Assembly: GCF_000023965.1 (NCBI RefSeq)
Contig: NC_013201.1
Span: 1 to 32,000, forward strand
Length of the DNA: 32,000 nucleotides
DNA from: Halomicrobium mukohataei DSM 12286
GTDB lineage: Archaea > Halobacteriota > Halobacteria > Halobacteriales > Haloarculaceae
Reading direction: 5' to 3'
Shown here: positions 15,657 through 25,695 of the stretch, piece after piece
How positions within the stretch are numbered: position 1 is the first letter of the stretch
Layout of the letters: each line of letters opens with the position of its first letter
The notes under the pieces: model-generated
What the model saw: the letters and a program-made list of their open reading frames with translations, nothing else
The model's database searches: none
Told to the model about the DNA's origin: nothing
Position numbers and translations under genes: made by a program

Positions 15657-16032
15657 CGTCAAATTTGGTTGTGACTCGATGAAATTGCACGAGTCCAGTG
15701 GACGCCTGGATCGCACGTACACGCGGTGTCATCAGTACAGCCGGTGCGACCCGGTCTGTACATCGACCCTTCCTACCCACGCTTGCACGGAGTAGTGCAC
15801 TGGTCTTCGTACCAGATCCGAGCGCCGTCCCACACTTAAGGGGCTCGGTTCGGAGCTGCTACGAGGTACGGACCCGCCGGGAGTTGCACCCGGCCTCCCC
15901 GAAGGGAGATCCGCCTCGGATAGGTCTTGTGAGCCCTGACGGCCCAACACGGTCTTCCGACCAAATTGTTGGTCGCGCTCGACCAACGGTAACAGCAGGT
16001 GGGCCAGGCACGTCGGCCTGGTCCCGTTCAGT
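15657..16032 (-). other. 16S-23S internal transcribed spacer with processing-stem halves; no recognisable tRNA
   Basis: The 376-nt spacer contains the 3' half of the 16S processing helix. That half (15926-15950, cttgtgagccctgacggcccaacac) is complementary to 17581-17606 upstream of 16S. It also contains the 5' half of the 23S processing helix (15671-15716). Several short hairpins are present, but no cloverleaf, no AGCTCAG D-arm and no GGTTCRAAT T-arm. Confidence 0.7.
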
Positions 16033-17504
<1,472 letters not shown>

Positions 17505-17779
17505 GTGCTGACATAGTCAGCGGCGGAAAGGTGTCACTCCGTCGGAAGCAAACGCTGGGGTATCCTTCCCCAGCTACATCGTGTTGGGTCCGTCAGGGCT
17601 CACATCAGATCCCATCTTGACGGCGGACCGCAGGGGTGGGATCCTCATACTTCGCGAGAGTGTCGACCACCGCGAGGCGGCGATCAGAGACACGCTCGCT
17701 CGCTAGCTCGTCGACGACCGAAGTCGCCGAGAGCCGGGGTGACGTAGCGGGCAGCGACCCGGCGTCCGTCATCCCTCGT

Positions 17780-17815
17780 ACGGATATAATCGTGAGAGAG
17801 GAGACTATAAAAGGC
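17780..17815 (-). promoter_or_regulatory. Candidate rRNA promoter(s): two TATA-like boxes ~23 nt apart
   Basis: The minus strand reads ggccTTTTATAGtctcctctctcacgATTATATccgtacg, about 250-300 nt upstream of the mature 16S 5' end. It is an AT-rich island in otherwise GC-rich leader sequence. No transcription start data are available. Confidence 0.35.
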
Positions 17816-18108
17816 CAACGATTCGGTGGCGGCGTGGGTAATGAAACCACAAGACAGCGACGGGAGATTGTGAGGATCGGAATTGCCATTTTGACGTGGT
17901 AGGGGGACGCTCGTCGGGCATCTCCGAGACGACAGGCAACCACGGCAACGAGAGGAGGATCGACCAGACGATGTCCGGGAGTCGAACAGCACTGCGACGC
18001 CCCAACGAGTGAAAATAGCCCGTAGCGTGGCCAGGTCGTACTACGACGAGGAGTTCGCCGTCGTGTCCGGCGTCGGTTCGGGACAGGCCATGAGCGTCGT
18101 CATCGTAC

Positions 18109-18558
18109 TCACGGACAGTTCGCCTCGGCGTCGATCGTCGCCCGCGTCGAGGACTCGTTGCAGTCGAACGAGGAAGACGGAACCGCTTCGGTCGCAGTCC
18201 CACCGGTTTCGAGCACGTCGAAGGAGACGGAGTTGGTGCCACGCTCGGCGAGCGTGAGGCGGACACGTCCGCCCGGGGCGACGGTGTACACGCCGTCAAA
18301 CAGGGGACCAGCGTCGCCGTCGACGAGGAGACGAGCCGTCCACGTCCGATCCGATTCGTTTCGGAGGGTGACGCCGTGTGTCGTATCCTCCGGACCCTCG
18401 TCAGCCGAACCGTCCCCGAGCGTGCGTGAGGCGACGGCGTCGGCCGAGACACGTCGGTGACGACGCCGGAGAAGGCCATGCGCGTGGACGTGGACAGTAA
18501 GAGTGGGAACGACGTTGGTCTGTGGAAGATTCAAAGACGGCTTTGAGTCCACGAGCAC
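18109..18558 (-). CDS. Hypothetical small acidic protein; start uncertain (GTG/TTG only)
   Basis: The 3' part of track ORF 18109..19581 changes from Arg-rich junk to an acidic, GC3-biased segment: ...SADAVASRTLGDGSADEGPEDTTHGVTLRNESDRTWTARLLVDGDAGPLFDGVYTVAPGGRVRLTLAERGTNSVSFDVLETGG...CP. There is no in-frame ATG. The nearest candidate starts are GTG at 18556-18558 and 18550-18552. Confidence 0.35.
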   Translation of the reverse strand: MLVDSKPSLNLPQTNVVPTLTVHVHAHGLLRRRHRRVSADAVASRTLGDGSADEGPEDTTHGVTLRNESDRTWTARLLVDGDAGPLFDGVYTVAPGGRVRLTLAERGTNSVSFDVLETGGTATEAVPSSSFDCNESSTRATIDAEANCP

Positions 18559-18671
18559 GTCACAGGCCGGCTGTCGTCTCCTGGCCGGCCTACGTGGAGT
18601 CGTCGCGGACCACACAATGCAGGCGGCCCTGAACAGTTTGCCACTCGAACGGCGACGTGAGCGGGCGACGG

Positions 18672-20099
18672 TCAGCCGAGGCTTCCCTCCATCTCGAGTT
18701 CGATGAGGCGGTTCATCTCGACCGCGTATTCGATGGGCAGTTCCTCCGTGAGCGGTTCGATGAAGCCGGCGACGATCATCTGCTTGGCGTCGTCGTCGTC
18801 CAGACCGCGGCTCTGGAGGTAGAACACGTCCTCGTCGCCGATCTTGCCGACGGTCGCCTCGTGGGCCACGTCGACTTTCGACTCCTGGATCTCCATGTAC
18901 GGCATCGTGTCCGACGTGGACTCGTTGTCGAACATCAGCGCGTCGCACTCGACGCTCGTCGACGCGTCCTCCGCGCCGTCCGCGATGTGGACGAGGCCGC
19001 GGTAGTTCGTCCGGCCGCCGTCCTTGCTGATAGACTTCGACTCGACGGTCGAGTGAGTGTCGGGCGCGTTGTGATAGACCTTCGCACCGGTGTCGATGTT
19101 CTGTCCCTCGCCCGCGAACGCGATCGTGATGTGGTTGTCCGTCGCGCCGGGGCCCTTGAGAACCGACGCCGGATACAGCATCGTCGCCTTCGACCCCATC
19201 GAACCGGACACCCACTCCATCGTCCCGTCGGCCTCGACGATGGCGCGCTTGGTGTTGAGGTTGTACGTGTTCGTCGACCAGTTCTGGACCGTCGAGTACT
19301 GGACGTGAGCACCCTCTCCCACGAACACCTCGACGCAGCCGCTGTGGAGGTTGTGCGTGCCGTAGTGGGGTGCCGAGCAGCCCTCGATGAGGTGCAGTTC
19401 GGAGTCGGGCTCCGCGATGACGATCTTGTGCTCGAACTGTCCCATCCCTTCGGCGTTCATCCGGAAGTACGCCTGGAGGGGCATCTCGACCGTGACGCCC
19501 TCCGGAACGTAGACGAACGAGCCACCCGACCAGACGGCACCGTGGAGCGCCGCGAATTTGTTGTCCGACGGTGGGACACACGTCGTCATGAAGTGTTCGC
19601 GGACCAGTTCGGGGTGTTCCTGGACCGCCGTGTCCATATCACAGAAGATCACGCCCTGCTCTTCGAGGTGGTCTTGCATGTTCTGGTAGACGACTTCGGA
19701 TTCGTACTGCGCACCGGCACCCGAGAGCGCCTGCTTCTCGGCCTCCGGGATACCGAGCCTGTCGAACGTGGCCGCGATGTCGTCGGGGAGCTCTTCCCAC
19801 GAGTCGACGCTGTCGTCGGTCTCCAGATCGGGCCGCAGGTACGGGACGATCCCGTCGACGTCGATCTCCGAGAGGTCGGGCTGGCCGGGCCACCCCTCGG
19901 GCATCGGCAGTTGTCGGTACCGTTCGAGAGCGTCCAGCCGCCGCTGGAGCATCCACTCGGGCTCGTCTTTCTCCGCCGAGATGAGGCGAACGGTCTGCTC
20001 GGTCAGGCCGGTCTGGGATTTGAACTCGGCCAGCACGTCGTTCTTGAAGTCGAAGTCGGTCCCCGGTCCGGTCCGTTCCAGTCGGTCGTGTTCAGTCAT
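18672..20099 (-). CDS. sufB: Fe-S cluster assembly protein SufB
   Basis: This is the C-terminal 475 aa of track ORF 18672..21302, starting MTEHDRLERTGPGTDFDFKND...EKDEPEWMLQRRLDALERY (ATG 20097-20099). Conserved SufB blocks include EGCSAPHYGTHNLHSGCVEVFV and DALMFDNESTSDTMPYMEI, and the tail is FIEPLTEELPIEYAVEMNRLIELEMEGSLG. Confidence 0.92.
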   Translation of the reverse strand: MTEHDRLERTGPGTDFDFKNDVLAEFKSQTGLTEQTVRLISAEKDEPEWMLQRRLDALERYRQLPMPEGWPGQPDLSEIDVDGIVPYLRPDLETDDSVDSWEELPDDIAATFDRLGIPEAEKQALSGAGAQYESEVVYQNMQDHLEEQGVIFCDMDTAVQEHPELVREHFMTTCVPPSDNKFAALHGAVWSGGSFVYVPEGVTVEMPLQAYFRMNAEGMGQFEHKIVIAEPDSELHLIEGCSAPHYGTHNLHSGCVEVFVGEGAHVQYSTVQNWSTNTYNLNTKRAIVEADGTMEWVSGSMGSKATMLYPASVLKGPGATDNHITIAFAGEGQNIDTGAKVYHNAPDTHSTVESKSISKDGGRTNYRGLVHIADGAEDASTSVECDALMFDNESTSDTMPYMEIQESKVDVAHEATVGKIGDEDVFYLQSRGLDDDDAKQMIVAGFIEPLTEELPIEYAVEMNRLIELEMEGSLG

Positions 20100-20360
20100 G
20101 GCTGTCAGGGCCACCGAGAGCGGGCGTTCGTTCGAGAGGTCACTCGTGGTTCCACACGGTTCGAACGGCGTCGACGGGATCGGTCGAGCGGCCGATCTCG
20201 CAGGTCGATCGCTACGGTCATCCCGTGCTAGTTCCCGAAGTGAGGGAAAGACACCTGTGCCGAAGCGGTTCGGCATCGGCGAGTCGCCGGTCTCCGGACG
20301 CGTCGCCGAGAGGGGGTGCCACAGAGAAGCCGTCAAGTCACGGGGACCCGTAGCGAGGGT

Positions 20361-21104
20361 ATGCGCGAACTCGTCTTCGCCCTGGAGTACGAACCCGGCT
20401 GCAACAGGGTGGCCGATACGCTCGCCGACCACCCCGAGGCCCGGGTTCGGTCGCTCTCGTTGCACGCGACCGCGGATCGGCTCTGGCGGGTCGACCACGC
20501 CACCGGATCGCCAGAGGCGCTGAGCGCCCTCGAAAATGCCGTTCTGGACGCGGACTACTACGCGGACTGTCTGGCGACCGACCACTGTGGCGCGACCCAG
20601 ACGACGCAGGTGCTCGATCACGACGACGACACGCTCGTGCTCTACTCGAACTGGGAGCGGACGCCGGACTGTGACTCCGTGCCCCACATCGCGCGCGACC
20701 ACCTCGGTAACGGTGTCCTCTTCGAGACGCGCCACGAGAGTCGCCACTACACGTGGCGGATCATACACTCGGGAGCGGGTGACGTCGCCACCTTCTTCGA
20801 CGCACTCGAAGCGGCGGTCGGGGACTGCGCTCGGACGGAGATGCTCCGGACGGCAGAGACGCCAGCGGAGAGCGAAACGAGCGGATCGGGTTCGCTCTCG
20901 GCCGAACAGGAGGCCGCGCTCCGGGCCGCCGTCGAACACGGCTACTACGAATCGCCCCGAGAGGTCGACGTGGGCGAACTCGCCTCTCACCTGGACGTGC
21001 CGCGGTCGACGCTCACCTACCGGCTGCGACGGGCCGAAGAGCGACTGGCAAAGCAGTACGTGGCCGACGAGCAGTTGATGGGTGAACTGGCGAGCGACTA
21101 CTGA
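20361..21104 (+). CDS. HTH_10 / bacterio-opsin-activator-type helix-turn-helix transcription regulator
   Basis: ATG at 20361 (MRELVFALEYEPG...). The C-terminus LSAEQEAALRAAVEHGYYESPREVDVGELASHLDVPRSTLTYRLRRAEERL is the classic haloarchaeal HTH_10 motif. Confidence 0.85.
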   Translation: MRELVFALEYEPGCNRVADTLADHPEARVRSLSLHATADRLWRVDHATGSPEALSALENAVLDADYYADCLATDHCGATQTTQVLDHDDDTLVLYSNWERTPDCDSVPHIARDHLGNGVLFETRHESRHYTWRIIHSGAGDVATFFDALEAAVGDCARTEMLRTAETPAESETSGSGSLSAEQEAALRAAVEHGYYESPREVDVGELASHLDVPRSTLTYRLRRAEERLAKQYVADEQLMGELASDY

Positions 21105-21302
21105 TACTGCGGGCTGTCGGCCTGTGACGATGGACGACACCTTCGTGTGACGGCCGTCGAGAAACGCCGACAGCCCGCAGTATGTGATTGCAGGCTGTCG
21201 GCCTGTGACGATGGACGACACCTTCGTGTGACGGCCGTCGAGAAACGCCGACAGCTCGCAGTATGTGATTGCAGGCTGTCGGCCTGTGACGACGGACGGC
21301 AC
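21105..21302. repeat. Tandem direct repeat, 81-bp unit x ~2.4, each unit carrying a 15-17 bp inverted repeat
   Basis: Units run 21108-21188, 21189-21269 (2 mismatches between them) and a partial unit 21270-~21302. In unit 1, tactgcgggctgtcggc ... gccgacagcccgcagta are perfect inverted repeats around a 44-nt loop. The first arm starts 1 nt after the HTH gene stop. Confidence 0.9.
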
Positions 21303-21454
21303 GCCGAGAGGAGAGCACCAGAAGCAGACGGTCGACGGCGTGAGCTATAGTAGCCATTGAAAATCAATGCACACCCGATCGCACGACGGCAGTGCGATCG
21401 GTGTGTAAATCGTTTCAATTGTTGCTATAGCCAGCGAGCGCGGCCGACGACGAG

Positions 21455-21470
21455 GTTGGAATATTCCAAC
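21455..21470. promoter_or_regulatory. Perfect 16-bp palindrome gttggaatattccaac, candidate operator/TATA overlap upstream of the P-type ATPase
   Basis: The sequence is self-complementary by inspection and ends 36 nt before the ATG at 21507. Its AT-rich centre aatatt could double as a TATA box. Confidence 0.4.
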
Positions 21471-21506
21471 AAGGGCTTATCGAACTGTGGCCCGAACGAT
21501 TGCGTA

Positions 21507-23864
21507 ATGACGAGCAAATCGGAGACGGCGGGAGAGGGTGGACAGGACCCCGGTGAGACGACCGTCCGGGTGACCGTCCCCGAGATGGACTGTCCGTCGT
21601 GTGCACAGAAAGTCGACAAGAGCCTCCAGCGCGTCGACGGCGTGCGTGAGACGACTCTCCAGCCGACGACCGGAACGGCGATCATGACCATCGATACGGG
21701 CGAGACGAGCGAGGCCGAAGTCCGCGGAGCCATCGAGAGCGCCGGCTACGAGGTCAGCGGAGAGCCGGGCGACTCGTCCGGCGAGGGGATCGAGGTCGCT
21801 CCTCCGGCGGAGATCTGGCGGAGTTCGCGGGCCGTCAAGACGTGGATCGGAGCTGCGTTCGTGACGCTCGGACTCCTCTTCGAGTTCGTCCTCGGGGGCC
21901 AGAACGTCGCTCTCGGGAGCGTCTTCGAGCTCTCGCTTCATCTCGCCGACGGACTGTTCCTCGTCGCGATCGTCGTCAGTGGCTACCCGGTCGTCCGCGG
22001 AGGCTACTACTCGGCGAAAAACAGGAGCCTCGACATCGACCTCCTGATGGGGACGGCGATCATCGCCGCGACGGGGATCGGGTACTTCGTGGAGGCCGCG
22101 ACGCTCGCGGTCCTGTTCAGCATCGCAGAGCTCCTCGAAGACTACGCGATGGACCGAGCGCGGGACTCGCTGCGTGAACTGATGGAACTGTCCCCCGACG
22201 AAGCGACAGTCCGTCGGAACGGAGACGAGGAGACCGTGCCCGCCGAGGACGTGGCCGTCGGCGAGACGGTCGTCGTCCGCCCGGGCGAGAAGATTCCACT
22301 CGACGGCACGATCGTCGAGGGCACCAGCGCGGTCGACGAATCGCCGATCACCGGCGAGAGCGTCCCGGTCGACAAGAACGTCGGCGACGAGGTGTACGCC
22401 GGCAGCATCAACGCGGAGGGGTACTTCGAGTTCGAGGCCACGTCGTCGGCCTCGGAGTCGACGCTCTCCCAGATCATCGAGATGGTCCAGGGCGCACAGG
22501 AAAAGAAGACCGAGAAAGAGCAGTTCGTCGACCGCTTTGCCGGCTACTACACGCCGACGGTCGTCGTGCTGGCGATACTGACGGCCGCGCTCCCGCCGCT
22601 GTTCATCGGTGGCGGCGCGACCGTCAGTGTCGCCGGGATCGGCCACACGTTCGTCGGGAGCTGGCAGACATGGTTCGTCCGCGGGCTGACGCTGCTGGTC
22701 ATCGCGTGCCCGTGCGCGTTCGTCATCTCGACGCCCGTCTCGGTCGTCTCGGGCATCACGAGCGCCGCCAAGAACGGCGTCCTCATCAAGGGCGGCAACC
22801 ACCTCGAAGCGATGGGCGGCGTCGACGCCGTCGCGCTGGACAAGACCGGGACGCTCACGAAAGGCGAGCTCGCCGTCACCGACGTGGTTCCCCTCGGCGA
22901 GGCGAGCGAGACGGAGCTGCTCCGGTACGCCGCCGCCCTCGAACAGCGCAGCGAGCACCCCATCGCCGAGGCGATCCGCGAGCGCGCCCGAGAATCGGCG
23001 GTCGGCGAGCTGCCCGTCGTCGAGGCGTTCGAGAGCATCACCGGAAAGGGGCTCCGCGCGGAGAGCGACGGCGAGACGTACTACGCCGGCAAGCCCGCGC
23101 TGTTCGAGGAACTGGGCTTCGATCTGTCACACGCCCACGCCCGTCCCGACGGCGGTACCGTCGTCGAGGCGACCGACGACGAGTGTGACCGGGACGACTG
23201 TGCCGACCTCGAAGCCGGCGCGATATCGCAGTTCGAAGCGGAGGGGAAGACGGTCGTCCTCGTCGGCACGGCCACCGAACTGCTCGGCGTCGTCGCCATC
23301 GCCGACGAGGTTCGCCCGGCAGCGTCACGAGCGATCGAGCGGCTACACGAACTCGGCGTCGAACACGTCGTGATGCTCACCGGCGACAACGAGGGGACCG
23401 CCCGCGCGATCGCCGACCGCGTCGGGGTCGACGAGTACCGCGCCGAACTGCTGCCCGACGAGAAGGTCGACGCCGTCGAGTCGTTACAGGCCAGCCACGG
23501 CGACGTGGCCATGGTCGGTGACGGGATCAACGACGCGCCCGCGCTGGCGACCGCCGACGTCGCGGTCGCGATGGGAGCCGCGGGAACCGATACCGCCCTC
23601 GAAACGGCCGACATCGCGCTGATGGGCGACGACATCGGGAAGCTTCCGTACCTGTATGCGCTGTCTAACGAAGCAAACAGCGTCATCCGACAGAACATCT
23701 GGGCGAGTCTGGGCGTGAAGGCGGTGCTGGCACTCGGTGTGCCCCTGGGACTGGTCAGCGTCGCGCTGGCGGTCGTCGTCGGCGACATGGGAATGAGCCT
23801 CGGGGTCACCGGAAACGCCATGCGACTGTCCCGAGTCACACCGGATCGCTTCTTCGAGGAGTGA
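21507..23864 (+). CDS. Heavy-metal translocating P1B-type ATPase (Zn/Cd/Pb-type, ZntA/CadA-like)
   Basis: ATG at 21507 within ORF 21357..23864. The N-terminal HMA domain has MDCPSCAQKV. Other motifs are TGES, the TM6 sequence ACPCAFVISTP (CPC followed by ..ISTP as in CadA/ZntA), DKTGTLT, GDGINDAP, and a TM8 Asp in VVVGDMGMSLGVTGNAMRL. Confidence 0.92.
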   Translation: MTSKSETAGEGGQDPGETTVRVTVPEMDCPSCAQKVDKSLQRVDGVRETTLQPTTGTAIMTIDTGETSEAEVRGAIESAGYEVSGEPGDSSGEGIEVAPPAEIWRSSRAVKTWIGAAFVTLGLLFEFVLGGQNVALGSVFELSLHLADGLFLVAIVVSGYPVVRGGYYSAKNRSLDIDLLMGTAIIAATGIGYFVEAATLAVLFSIAELLEDYAMDRARDSLRELMELSPDEATVRRNGDEETVPAEDVAVGETVVVRPGEKIPLDGTIVEGTSAVDESPITGESVPVDKNVGDEVYAGSINAEGYFEFEATSSASESTLSQIIEMVQGAQEKKTEKEQFVDRFAGYYTPTVVVLAILTAALPPLFIGGGATVSVAGIGHTFVGSWQTWFVRGLTLLVIACPCAFVISTPVSVVSGITSAAKNGVLIKGGNHLEAMGGVDAVALDKTGTLTKGELAVTDVVPLGEASETELLRYAAALEQRSEHPIAEAIRERARESAVGELPVVEAFESITGKGLRAESDGETYYAGKPALFEELGFDLSHAHARPDGGTVVEATDDECDRDDCADLEAGAISQFEAEGKTVVLVGTATELLGVVAIADEVRPAASRAIERLHELGVEHVVMLTGDNEGTARAIADRVGVDEYRAELLPDEKVDAVESLQASHGDVAMVGDGINDAPALATADVAVAMGAAGTDTALETADIALMGDDIGKLPYLYALSNEANSVIRQNIWASLGVKAVLALGVPLGLVSVALAVVVGDMGMSLGVTGNAMRLSRVTPDRFFEE

Positions 23865-23949
23865 GAGAGGGTCGTAGAGCGGTCAGTTCGGCTACAAAAA
23901 TCTCGTTCAGAGAACGTTCAAGTCGCTTTCGGGCGTTCTATCGGATGCA

Positions 23950-24552
23950 ATGAGCGAACACGAACTGCCGCCGCTGCCGTACGACTACGACGCACTCGAA
24001 CCACACATCAGCGAACAGGTCCTGACCTGGCACCACGACACCCACCATCAGGGCTACGTCAACGGCTGGAACGCCGCCGAAGAGACGCTCGAAGCGAACC
24101 GCGAGGCGGGCGACTTCTCCTCCTCGTCGGGCGCACTCCGGAACGTCACGCACAACGGCTCCGGGCACGTCCTCCACGACCTGTTCTGGCAGTCCATGAG
24201 CCCGACCGGCGGCGACGAGCCCTCGGGCGCGCTGGCCGACCGGATCGAGGAGGACTTCGGCTCCTACGAGGCCTGGAAAGGCGAGTTCGAGGCCGCCGCC
24301 TCGGCCGCCGGTGGCTGGGCGCTGCTGGTGTACGACTCGTTCAGCAACCAGCTCCGGAACGTCGTCGTCGACAAGCACGACCAGGGCGCACTCTGGGGGA
24401 GCCACCCCGTCCTCGCGCTGGACGTGTGGGAACACTCCTACTACCACGACTACGGACCCGCCCGCGGCGAGTTCGTCGACAACTTCTTCGAAGTCGTCGA
24501 CTGGGAAGAGCCCAGCCAGCGCTACGAACAGGTCGTCGAACAGTTCGAGTAG
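23950..24552 (+). CDS. sod: Superoxide dismutase (Fe/Mn family)
   Basis: 200 aa starting MSEHELPPLPYDYDALEPHISEQVLTWHHDTHHQGYV, with DVWEHSYYHDY near the C-terminus. These are the canonical metal-ligand motifs of Fe/Mn SODs. Confidence 0.95.
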   Translation: MSEHELPPLPYDYDALEPHISEQVLTWHHDTHHQGYVNGWNAAEETLEANREAGDFSSSSGALRNVTHNGSGHVLHDLFWQSMSPTGGDEPSGALADRIEEDFGSYEAWKGEFEAAASAAGGWALLVYDSFSNQLRNVVVDKHDQGALWGSHPVLALDVWEHSYYHDYGPARGEFVDNFFEVVDWEEPSQRYEQVVEQFE

Positions 24553-24701
24553 CGCGGTCACGGCGACTGTGTGGCATCACGTCGGCGCTGGGGGGCGCTG
24601 ACGGTTCGAGCGCCGTCCGACGCCTCACCAGACTCGCGGTTTGTTACCACTCTCCCGCCGATTCCTGCACCAGAGATACCGGCAATGGGAGACGGTTTAC
24701 C

Positions 24702-24751
24702 CCGTGGCGACGGTCACCGGTAAGCACTACAACTTTCCGTATCAGTCGTCG
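24702..24751. repeat. Second copy of the ~50-nt element seen at 4640-4690
   Basis: ccgtggcgacgGtcaccggtaagcactacaaCTTTccgtatcagtcgtcg matches 4640-4690 at 45 of 51 aligned positions, in the same orientation. It again overlaps the stop and last codons (..DD*) of a minus-strand gene. Confidence 0.6.
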
Positions 24752-25695
24752 CTGGCCGACGACGTGGTACCGTTCGCCTCGAAGGTCATCGTCTCGTTGC
24801 CGTCGACGACGACGGTATCGGTGTCGACGCTCTCGATCGACAGCTTCGTGTAGGCGGTGACGACGCTCTCGGTGTCGAGATCGATCCGAACGACGACGGT
24901 CGGACCGTCAGCCGAGGGCGGCGTGAGTTCGAGTGTGACCTCGCCGTCGTTGGTCGCTTCGACGACGGTCGCAGCCAGCGCACTGGGATCGTCGAACCGC
25001 TGCTGGACGGTGTAGCTGGCCTGTGAGTCGTTCTCGACGAGTCGCTCGACCAGCGTCCGTTCCTCGTCGTCGAGGACGCCGATCGTGTCCGTGACCGTCA
25101 GGTCGAGACCGTCGAGCGTCGGCCGTGCGGAGCGCACGTCGACCGACTCGTCGTCGAGCGAGACCGTCCCGGGGACGCTCGGGAGACAGCCGTCGGCGGG
25201 ACTGGCGCGAACGCCGACGGTGTCGGTCGGCTCCTCGCGGTCGACGCTCTCGTAGTACTGGTTGACTCGGAGTTCGACGTGCTCGTACTCGCCGAGTCCG
25301 GCGCTGGTCGAGAACTCGTCCCAGACCAGCGCCGCGAATCGCTGTCGGTCGATCTCGTCGAAGGCCTCGCCGCCGTGTGCCTCGATCAGCGTGACGGTGA
25401 CGCCGTCGACGCGCACGTCGGTCCGGGTCCGGTTCGGATCGTCGACCCGGAGCGCGCCGCCGCACGTACGGCCGTCCTCACTGACCGTGAACGTCGTTGC
25501 GCTGGTGTTGGTGACCGATACGTCGACGGTCTCCGTGTCGGTGCCGGACGTGGAGACGGTGTCGTTCGTCGGTTCGGGCGACTCGTCCGTCGGGTCGGCC
25601 ACGCTGCCGTCGGCGACGACGACCGCGCCACTGGCGGCCAGGAGGAGCGCCGAAACGGCCAGCGCGTAGGCTGCAAGCCGATACTCACGTCGCAT
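24742..25695 (-). CDS. Hypothetical secreted/exported acidic protein
   Basis: ORF 24742..25704. The ATG at 25693-25695 gives MRREYRLAAYALAVSALLLAASGAVVVADG (signal peptide). A Thr/Asp/Glu-rich mature part follows. I recognise no family. Confidence 0.7.
   Translation of the reverse strand: MRREYRLAAYALAVSALLLAASGAVVVADGSVADPTDESPEPTNDTVSTSGTDTETVDVSVTNTSATTFTVSEDGRTCGGALRVDDPNRTRTDVRVDGVTVTLIEAHGGEAFDEIDRQRFAALVWDEFSTSAGLGEYEHVELRVNQYYESVDREEPTDTVGVRASPADGCLPSVPGTVSLDDESVDVRSARPTLDGLDLTVTDTIGVLDDEERTLVERLVENDSQASYTVQQRFDDPSALAATVVEATNDGEVTLELTPPSADGPTVVVRIDLDTESVVTAYTKLSIESVDTDTVVVDGNETMTFEANGTTSSASDD

Noticed and set aside
15877-15893. T-arm-like hairpin ccgggTGCAACTcccgg in the ITS as evidence for a tRNA-Ala.
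   Set aside because: The loop lacks the TTCRA consensus. The 7 nt that follow have no complementary acceptor strand ~65 nt upstream, and no D-arm or anticodon arm can be drawn.
20100-21302. N-terminal 400-aa extension of the 876-aa ORF 18672..21302 upstream of SufB.
   Set aside because: It runs antisense through the HTH_10 gene and the 81-bp repeats (repetitive VTGRQPAITYC.LSAFLDGRHTKVSSI). SufB homology starts at MTEHDRLE (ATG 20097-20099), which gives the normal ~475-aa length.
21105-21302. The 81-bp tandem repeats as a possible CRISPR array.
   Set aside because: The whole 81-bp unit repeats, including the would-be spacer, so there are no unique spacers. The unit is also much longer than a CRISPR repeat.
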